From an uncultured Acidobacteriota bacterium (GTDB lineage: Bacteria; Acidobacteriota; Vicinamibacteria; Vicinamibacterales; Fen-181): 64,000 nucleotides of DNA. The notes below the pieces were generated by a model. That model did no database searches. It was not told the origin of the DNA and was given only the letters and a program-made list of their open reading frames with translations. This document shows, piece after piece, positions 57,471 to 64,000 of the stretch. Positions within the stretch are counted from its first letter, which is position 1, and every line of letters starts with the position of its first letter. Made by a program: the position numbers and the translations under genes. The stretch is taken from assembly GCA_963776495.1 (NCBI GenBank), contig CAVZMW010000006.1, forward strand, positions 1,263,954 to 1,327,953, in the 5' to 3' direction.

Positions 57471-57884
57471 ATGGAACGCACATTGGCCATCATCAAGCCC
57501 GACGCCGTCGGCCGGCAGCTGGTCGGACCGATCGTCGGACGTATCGAACAGGCGGGCTTCCGGATCCGGGCGATGCGCCTGGCCCACCTCACCAGGCGCG
57601 AGGCCGAGGGGTTCTATGCCGTCCACCGCGAGAAGCCGTTCTTCGGCGGCCTGACCGAGTTCATGTCCTCCGGGCCGGCGGTGCTCATGGTGCTCGAGGC
57701 CGACGGGGCGATCTCGAAGTGGCGCGACCTGATGGGCGCGACCGACCCTGCGAAGGCCGCCCCGGGAACGCTTCGCCGGGAGTTCGGGACGTCGATCGGG
57801 TCCAACGCCACACACGGATCCGACGCGCCGGACACGGCCGCCTACGAGATCGGCTACTTCTTCCGGGGCATGGAACTGATCTGA
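57471..57884 (+). CDS. ndk: nucleoside diphosphate kinase
   Basis: MERTLAIIKPDAV...NATHGSDAPDTAAYEIGYFF. Confidence 0.95.
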   Translation: MERTLAIIKPDAVGRQLVGPIVGRIEQAGFRIRAMRLAHLTRREAEGFYAVHREKPFFGGLTEFMSSGPAVLMVLEADGAISKWRDLMGATDPAKAAPGTLRREFGTSIGSNATHGSDAPDTAAYEIGYFFRGMELI

Positions 57885-57906
57885 GCGCCGGACGGGTGCG
57901 CAGCGC

Positions 57907-58101
57907 ATGGCCAAGGTGCTGATAGTGGTCGGGCTGGCAATCGCGGCCGCGGGGGCCGCCATGTGGCTCGGCCTGCCGCTCGGCCGCCTTCCCGGCGACA
58001 TCGTCGTGCGCCGCGGCGCGTTCTCGTTCGCCTTTCCCCTGACGACGTGCGTGCTGCTGAGCGTGGTCATCACGTTGCTGCTCGCCCTCTTCCGGCGCTG
58101 A
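57907..58101 (+). CDS. small membrane protein, DUF2905-like
   Basis: 64 aa with two TM segments. The central LGRLPGDIVVRRGAFSFAFPLTT matches my recollection of the DUF2905 pattern. Confidence 0.55.
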   Translation: MAKVLIVVGLAIAAAGAAMWLGLPLGRLPGDIVVRRGAFSFAFPLTTCVLLSVVITLLLALFRR

Positions 58102-58140
58102 CCGACAGGTCGCCGGGCTCCGGACTGTGGAACTCACGCC

Positions 58141-59393
58141 ATGATTGCTGCCATCCGAGGGACGCAGGACATCCTGCCGGGGACCGTGGACAAGTGGCAG
58201 TTCGTCGAGTCGACGGCCTGCCGCGTGTTCGAGCAGTACGGCTACGCGGAGATCCGGACGCCCGTCATCGAGCGGGAGGAGCTGTTCGCCAAGGGCACCG
58301 GCGAGACCACGGACATCGTCCAGAAGGAGATGTACGCGTTCACCGACAAGGACGGCGAGCGGATCACGCTGCGCCCCGAGGCGACGCCCAGCCTGGTGCG
58401 CGCCTTCGTCGAGCACTCGCTCGAGCAGGCGATGGCGGTGCCGAAAGTCTTCACCATCGGCCCGATGTTCCGGCGCGAGCGGCCGCAGAAGGGGCGCTAC
58501 CGCCAGTTCCACCAGCTCGACGTCGAGGTGTTCGGCGTCAAGGACCCGTCGGTTGACGGGGAAGTGATCGAATCTCGCCTGGACGCTCATCGGCGCGCTC
58601 GGGATCACCGACGTCGAACTGGCGGTGAACTCGGTCGGATGCCAGGCGTGCCGGCCGGCGTTCTCGGCGGCGCTGGTCGCCGCCCTTGGCGACGACGTGA
58701 AGAAGCTGTGCGGGGACTGCCAGCGGCGCGCGGCGACCAACCCGCTGCGGATCTTCGACTGCAAGGTGCCGGCGGACCAGCCGCTCATCGACGCCTTGCC
58801 GCACACCGTGGACTACCTGTGCGACGAGTGCCGGGCGCACTTCGACGCCGTCCGGCGCTACCTCGACCGGTTCCGGATCCCTTACGCGCTCTCGCACCGG
58901 CTCGTGAGGGGCCTCGACTACTACACCCGGACGACGTTCGAGGTCCTGGCCGGGCAGATAGGCGCGCAGAACGCGCTGCTCGGCGGCGGGCGGTACGACG
59001 GCCTAGTCAAGCACCTTGGCGGCCCGGACCGGGTCGGCATCGGCTTCGCCGCCGGGATCGAACGGCTCGTGCTCGCGCTGCCCGGCACGCTGACGTTGCC
59101 GGAGAAGCGGCCGGACGTCTTCATCGCGGCCCTCGGCGACCCGGCCCGGGAGGAGTCGCTGGCGCTCCTGCGCGACCTGCGCCGCGCCGGCCTCAACGCG
59201 CAGGTCGAGTACCGAGGGGCGGTCGCTCAAGTCGCAGATGAAGCGGGCCGACCGGCTGAACGCCCCGCTCGTCTTCATCCTCGGCGACGACGAGCTCGCC
59301 CGCGGCGAGATCACGGTGCGCCGGATGGCATCCTCTTCCCAGGAATCGATTCCCCGCGGCAGCGCCGTGGCGTTTGTCAAGGCCGGCAGGTGA
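58141..59393 (+). pseudogene. hisS: histidine--tRNA ligase, two frame interruptions as assembled
   Basis: Frame 1: MIAAIRGTQDILPG...FRRERPQKGRYRQFHQLDVEVFG...DGEVIE. Frame 2 (ORF 58625..): LAWTLIGALGITDVELAVNSVGC...RGLDYYTRTTFEV...GGGRYDGL...AQVEY. Frame 3: (E)GRSLKSQMKRADRLNAPLVFILGDDELARGEITVRRM...KAGR*. The junctions are near 58573 and at GTACC 59209-59213. Confidence 0.85.
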
Positions 59394-59396
59394 CCT

Positions 59397-61175
59397 ATGT
59401 TCGACCAGCTCGGTGAGTGGACGCGGACCGACACGTGCGGGGGCCTGCGGGCGGCCGACATCGGCCGGACGGTGACGCTGCTGGGGTGGGTGCACCGGGT
59501 GCGGGACCTCGGGGCGCTGCTGTTCCTCGACGTGCGCGACCGCTACGGCCTGACGCAGGTCGTCGTGTCGGAGGGGCACCCGGCCCTCGCGACGGCCAAG
59601 CACCTGCGCGCCGAGTTCGTCATCGGCGTGACGGGCACGGTGAGAGCGCGGGCGGCCGACGCCGTGAATCCCCGCATGCCGACCGGCGAGGTCGAGGTCG
59701 CGGTTGACGAGATGCGCGTGCTGAACGAGGCGGCGGTTCCGCCGTTCCAGATCGCCGACGAGGCGGCGCTCGCCTCGGACGACCTCCGGCTGCGCTATCG
59801 CTACCTCGACCTGCGGCGCCCGAAACTGGCCGCCAACCTTGGTTTGCGGCACCGGGTGACGATGGCGGTCCGCCGCTACTTCGACGAGCAGGGATTCTGG
59901 GAGATCGAGACGCCGGTGCTCGGGAAGTCGACGCCGGAAGGGGCGCGCGACTACCTGGTCCCGAGCCGCGTTCACCCCGGCGAGTTCTACGCGCTGCCGC
60001 AGTCGCCGCAGCTGTTCAAGCAGCTGCTGATGATCGCCGGCACCGACCGCTACTTCCAGATCGTGAAGTGCTTTCGCGACGAGGACTTGCGCGCCGACCG
60101 CCAGCCGGAGTTCACCCAGGTGGACGTCGAGATGTCGTTCGCGCGCCCGCAACTGGTCTTCGACCTGATCGAGCCGCTCATGCAGCGGGTGTTCGCCGTG
60201 ATCGGCCGCGAGGCGCCGACGCCGTTCCGCCGCATGCCGTACGCCGAGGCGATGGCACGCTACGGGTCCGACAAGCCGGACCTGCGCTGCGGCATGGAGA
60301 TCGGGGACCTGTCGCCGGTGTTCGAGGGGACGGCGTTCACGCCGTTCCACGACGCCCTGGCGGCGGGCGGCGCGGTTCGGGGCATCGTCGTGCCGGACGG
60401 CGCGCGCTACAGCCGCAAGCAGCTCGACACGCTGACCGAGCAGGCGCGGCAGGCGGGCGCGTCGGGGCTGGTCTGGGTACGCCGCGGCGAGGACGGGATC
60501 AAGAGCCCCGCCCTCAAGGGCGCGGGTGAAGCGGCGCTCGCCTCGGCGCTCGAACGGGCCGGCGCCGGCCCCCGCGACCTGCTGCTGCTCGCGGCGGGCG
60601 AGGCCGGGAAGACGTCGGTCGTCCTCGGCCAGCTGCGCCTGGCGGTGGCGAAAGAAGAGGGGCTCCTGAAGCCCGACCGGTTCGCGTTCCTGTGGGTGAC
60701 CGACTTCCCGATGTTCGAGTGGGACCCGGAGGGGCAGCGCTTCGCTGCCATGCACCACCCGTTCACCTCGCCCCGGCCCGAGGACATCGACAAGCTCGAG
60801 AGCGAGCCGGCGGGGGTGCGCGCGCAGGCCTACGACCTCGTGCTCAACGGCAGCGAGATCGGCGGCGGGAGCATCCGGATCCACGACTCGTCGGTACAGG
60901 CGCGGGTCTTCAAGGCCATCGGCCTTTCCGACGAGGAGGCGGCCCACCGGTTCGGGTTCTTCCTCCAGGCGCTGCGCTACGGCACGCCGCCGCACGGCGG
61001 CATCGCCCTCGGACTCGACCGGATCGTGGCGCTGCTGGCCGGAGAGACGTCGATCCGCGAGGTCATCGCGTTTCCGAAGACGGCGGCGGCCGTCGACCAG
61101 ATGACGGGCGCACCCACCGGGGTCGACGAGCGGCAGTTGCGGGACCTCGGCATCGCGCTGGGCCGAAGGGTTTGA
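59397..61175 (+). CDS. aspS: aspartate--tRNA ligase
   Basis: 592 aa: VTLLGWVHRVRDLGALLFLDVRDRYG...FRDEDLRADRQPEFTQVD...GGGSIRIH...HGGIALGLDR. Confidence 0.95.
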   Translation: MFDQLGEWTRTDTCGGLRAADIGRTVTLLGWVHRVRDLGALLFLDVRDRYGLTQVVVSEGHPALATAKHLRAEFVIGVTGTVRARAADAVNPRMPTGEVEVAVDEMRVLNEAAVPPFQIADEAALASDDLRLRYRYLDLRRPKLAANLGLRHRVTMAVRRYFDEQGFWEIETPVLGKSTPEGARDYLVPSRVHPGEFYALPQSPQLFKQLLMIAGTDRYFQIVKCFRDEDLRADRQPEFTQVDVEMSFARPQLVFDLIEPLMQRVFAVIGREAPTPFRRMPYAEAMARYGSDKPDLRCGMEIGDLSPVFEGTAFTPFHDALAAGGAVRGIVVPDGARYSRKQLDTLTEQARQAGASGLVWVRRGEDGIKSPALKGAGEAALASALERAGAGPRDLLLLAAGEAGKTSVVLGQLRLAVAKEEGLLKPDRFAFLWVTDFPMFEWDPEGQRFAAMHHPFTSPRPEDIDKLESEPAGVRAQAYDLVLNGSEIGGGSIRIHDSSVQARVFKAIGLSDEEAAHRFGFFLQALRYGTPPHGGIALGLDRIVALLAGETSIREVIAFPKTAAAVDQMTGAPTGVDERQLRDLGIALGRRV

Positions 61176-61254
61176 CCGGCTGGCGGGCGCGTGGTACGAT
61201 GGCTCGTCTAAGTCTCTGTAGAGGAAGGAGATACACGCAGCCTTGCGGCCTTCG

Positions 61255-62226
61255 ATGAGAACGATTGCGGTCCCCGACGAGGGGATTGAGACGCTGTTCG
61301 GGTCCTTCGACGAGAACCTCCGCTTCCTCGAGTCTCTTCTCAACGTCCACATCCGCACACAGGGCCAGGCCCTGCTGGTTGACGGCGATGAGGCCGGCAC
61401 CGAGAAGGTCGAGCGCGTGGTCTCGGCGCTGGCGGCGCTCGTGCGCGAGGGGTACCGCCTCGCCAACGGCGACGTGAAGCTGGCCGCGCAACTCGTGGCC
61501 GACGACGCCGACGTGGAACTGCGGGACTACTTCGTGAAGGGGGCGCAGCCCCGGGCGGTGGGCAAGAAGCAGGTGACGCCCAAGAGCGTCAACCAAAGGC
61601 GGTATCTTGACGCCATCGAGCGCCACGACATCGTGTTCGGGATCGGGCCGGCCGGCACGGGCAAGACCTACCTCGCGATGGCCGAGGCCGTGTCGTTCCT
61701 GCTGGCGAAGCGGGTGACGCGCATCATCCTCGCGCGGCCGGCGGTCGAGGCGGGCGAGAAGCTCGGCTTCCTCCCCGGCGACCTGCAGGAGAAGGTGAAT
61801 CCGTACCTGCGGCCGCTCTACGACGCCCTCTACGACATGCTCGACGTCGAGCGCGTCGAGCGGCTGCTCGACCGGGGGACGATCGAGGTCGCCCCGATCG
61901 CCTTCATGCGCGGCCGCACGCTGAACGACTCGTTCGTGATCCTCGACGAGGCGCAGAACACCACGTCCGAGCAGATGAAGATGTTCCTCACGCGCCTCGG
62001 GTTCGGATCCAAGGCGGTCGTGACCGGCGACATCACGCAGATCGACCTGCCGACGGGGCGCACCTCGGGCCTCATCGAGGCGATGAAGGTCGTCTCGCAC
62101 ATCGACGGGATCGCGTTCGTGTATTTCGACGAGCGGGACGTCGTGCGCCACAAGCTCGTGCAGCAGATCGTGAAGGCGTACGAGAGCTTCTCGAACGGCG
62201 ACGCCCCGCCGCGCCGAGCGACGTAG
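61255..62226 (+). CDS. phoH: PhoH-family ATPase
   Basis: Walker [14 protein letters not shown]. ...[33 protein letters not shown]. The track ORF opens 4 codons earlier. Confidence 0.9.
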   Translation: MRTIAVPDEGIETLFGSFDENLRFLESLLNVHIRTQGQALLVDGDEAGTEKVERVVSALAALVREGYRLANGDVKLAAQLVADDADVELRDYFVKGAQPRAVGKKQVTPKSVNQRRYLDAIERHDIVFGIGPAGTGKTYLAMAEAVSFLLAKRVTRIILARPAVEAGEKLGFLPGDLQEKVNPYLRPLYDALYDMLDVERVERLLDRGTIEVAPIAFMRGRTLNDSFVILDEAQNTTSEQMKMFLTRLGFGSKAVVTGDITQIDLPTGRTSGLIEAMKVVSHIDGIAFVYFDERDVVRHKLVQQIVKAYESFSNGDAPPRRAT

Positions 62227-62237
62227 GCGAAAGGGCC

Positions 62238-62696
62238 ATGGCGCCACGGACGGTTCGGCAGGGCGTGCGCGTCATCCTCACCGACGGGGCGGGTCGGCCG
62301 GGCCGCGCTCCGGGGCTGTCGGCCTGGCTTCGCGCCGTCGCGCCGGCCAGGGCCCGCGGGACGATCGTCCTCGCGCTCGTCGGCGACGCCGAGATGCGGC
62401 GGCTGAACCGGCGCTTCGCGGGCAACGACCGGGTCACCGACGTGCTGTCGTTCCCGTCGGGCGGGGTCGAGGGGGGGCTCGGCGACATCGCCATCGCCAC
62501 CGGGGTGGCCCGGCGGCAGGCGCGGGAGGCCGGCCACACCTACGGCGAAGAGCTGCGCGTCCTGGGGCTTCACGGGCTGCTGCACCTGCTCGGCTACGAC
62601 CACCACGGCGACGGCGGCGCGATGGCGCGCGTGGAGTCGCGGCTGCGCCGCAAGGGCGGGCTGCGGGCCGGATTGATCGAACGCACGAGGCCGTAA
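62238..62696 (+). CDS. ybeY: rRNA maturation endoribonuclease YbeY
   Basis: [11 protein letters not shown] zinc motif; 152 aa. Confidence 0.9.
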   Translation: MAPRTVRQGVRVILTDGAGRPGRAPGLSAWLRAVAPARARGTIVLALVGDAEMRRLNRRFAGNDRVTDVLSFPSGGVEGGLGDIAIATGVARRQAREAGHTYGEELRVLGLHGLLHLLGYDHHGDGGAMARVESRLRRKGGLRAGLIERTRP

Positions 62697-62721
62697 CGCG
62701 GCCGGAACGGACAGACGACGG

Positions 62722-63618
62722 ATGCGCTGTGGTTTCGTGGCACTCATCGGGCGGCCGAACGTCGGCAAGTCGACCCTGCTCAACCGGGTGGTCGGCACCA
62801 AGCTGGCCATCGTCTCCGACAAGCCGCAGACGACGCGGAACCGGATCGCGGGTGTGCGGAACTACGACGCGGGGCAGGCGATCTTCCTCGACACGCCGGG
62901 GATCCACCGGCCGACGCACCGCATGAACGTGCGGATGGTAGACGCCGCCGTCGAGGGGATCCGCCAGGCGGACCTGCTGGCGCTCGTCACCGACGCGACC
63001 GATGCCCGCAGGGGCCGGGGTGAACGCTTCATCCTGGAACAGGTGACCCGGGCGACCTCGCCCGTCACCCTCGTCATCAACAAGATCGACCTCGTCGGGC
63101 GGCCCGTCCTCCTGCCGCTCATCGATTCGTGGGCGCAGCGCCACCCCTTCGCCGACATCGTGCCGGTGTCGGCGCTGACCGGCGAGAACGTCGACCGCCT
63201 CGAGCGGGTCATCCTGGACCACCTGCCCGAGGGGGACCCGATCTACCCGACCGACTACCTGACCGACCAGCCCGAGCGGTTCTTCGTGGCCGAGACGGTG
63301 CGCGAGAAGGTGCTGGCGCTGACGCACGCCGAGATCCCGTTTTCGAGCGCCGTCGTCGTCGATCAGTTCGAGGAGGCGGACGAGAAGGGGACCATGCGCT
63401 TCTACTGCTCGATCGTGGTCGAGCGGGAGTCGCAGAAGCCGATCCTGATCGGTCGCGGCGGTGAGATGATCAAGCGGATCGGGACCGAGGCCCGGCGGGA
63501 CCTCGAGCGGTTCTTCGACGCGCACGTCTTCCTGGACCTGCACGTGAAGGTCGAGTCGGAGTGGCGCGAGAACGACCGGATGCTGGACACGCTGGGGATG
63601 CCCCGCCGGGAGCGATAG
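62722..63618 (+). CDS. era: GTPase Era
   Basis: GRPNVGKSTL (G1), DTPG (G3), NKID (G4) and a C-terminal KH domain. Confidence 0.95.
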   Translation: MRCGFVALIGRPNVGKSTLLNRVVGTKLAIVSDKPQTTRNRIAGVRNYDAGQAIFLDTPGIHRPTHRMNVRMVDAAVEGIRQADLLALVTDATDARRGRGERFILEQVTRATSPVTLVINKIDLVGRPVLLPLIDSWAQRHPFADIVPVSALTGENVDRLERVILDHLPEGDPIYPTDYLTDQPERFFVAETVREKVLALTHAEIPFSSAVVVDQFEEADEKGTMRFYCSIVVERESQKPILIGRGGEMIKRIGTEARRDLERFFDAHVFLDLHVKVESEWRENDRMLDTLGMPRRER

Positions 63619-63619
63619 G

Positions 63620-63727
63620 CGCAGGCCTGAAGGCCTGCGGTATCAGAAGTAAGGACCAGGAACCGGATAGCGCAGGGCTTCAGCCCTGCGACCCAAAGAC
63701 GCCGTAGGAGCGGGGCTTCAGCCCCGC
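63620..63727. repeat. three REP-like GC-rich hairpins (7-8 bp stem, TGAA/TTCA tetraloop)
   Basis: cGCAGGCCtgaaGGCCTGCg (63620-63639), cGCAGGGCttcaGCCCTGCg (63671-63690) and GCGGGGCttcaGCCCCGC (63710-63727). Confidence 0.8.
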
Positions 63728-63765
63728 GCTTCATGGTAGAGTAAGGAGCTTTCGCGCGCGCCGCC

Positions 63766-64000
63766 ATGCCCCTCTACAAGACCGACGCGCTCATCCTGCG
63801 GACCTACAAGCTCGGGGAGGCGGACCGAATCGTCGTCTTCCTGACGAGGGACCGCGGGAAGAAGCGCGGTGTGGCGAGCGGGGCGCGGCGCCCGAAGTCG
63901 AGGTTCGCCGGGGCGCTCGAGCCGCTGACGCGTGTGGGCCTCTCCTATTACGAGCGGGAACAGCGGGACCTCGTCCGGCTCAGCTACGCCGAGTCGCAGT
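63766..64000 (+). CDS. recO: DNA repair protein RecO (N-terminal 78 codons; continues beyond the window)
   Basis: MPLYKTDALILRTYKLGEADRIVVFLTRDRGKKRGVA... It follows era, as in many bacteria. Confidence 0.8.
   Translation, partial: MPLYKTDALILRTYKLGEADRIVVFLTRDRGKKRGVASGARRPKSRFAGALEPLTRVGLSYYEREQRDLVRLSYAESQ

Overview
GC-rich chromosomal segment (about two-thirds G+C by eye, not computed) from a diderm bacterium. The gene content (pilMNOPQ, kdsABCD, an RND pump, korAB, ECF-type regulation) fits an Acidobacteriota-like soil organism, but taxonomy cannot be proven from this window. About 55 protein genes are supportable. I recognised no rRNA, tRNA or CRISPR array. Core blocks: frr-pyrH-tsf-rpsB and rpsI-rplM (minus strand); pilMNOPQ plus two unknown downstream genes; accBC; folD-coaE; kdsB-pyrG-kdsA-kdsD-kdsC; a TCA cluster (sdhA-C-D-B, sucCD, korAB); ndk; hisS-aspS; phoH-ybeY-era-recO.

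Most unusual observations:
1. 9.6-18.7 kb: a same-strand run of ECF sigma, an anti-sigma factor, an exported Peptidase_MA/beta-propeller/Omp85-like protein and a PrsW-family intramembrane protease. A divergent RsbW/STAS/FHA-GAF-PP2C partner-switching module sits beside it. I read this as a candidate undescribed envelope-signalling cassette.
2. The extracytoplasmic part of that anti-sigma factor is about 35 tandem 27-bp units encoding K-A-F-A-D-P-A-V/I-A/S.
3. A family of intergenic elements lies directly after stop codons. They are built from phased heptamer repeats that form hairpin arms. Three copies share a TCACG..CGTGATC apex.
4. A 2094-bp IS element with 31-bp terminal inverted repeats and a CTAG target duplication is inserted into one of those heptamer elements, between sucD and korA.
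5. Six single-base frame disruptions affect four genes (ECF sigma, kdsD, sucC, hisS). Four of the six are an extra C after GTAC on the plus strand whatever the gene orientation, which points to a DNA or assembly-level artefact rather than recoding.
6. An orphan PPDK-like dikinase lacks the PEP/pyruvate barrel, and a LysR-paired isoprenoid-synthase-fold gene sits next to it.

Many long ORFs in the track are antisense or alternate-frame artefacts of the high GC content.
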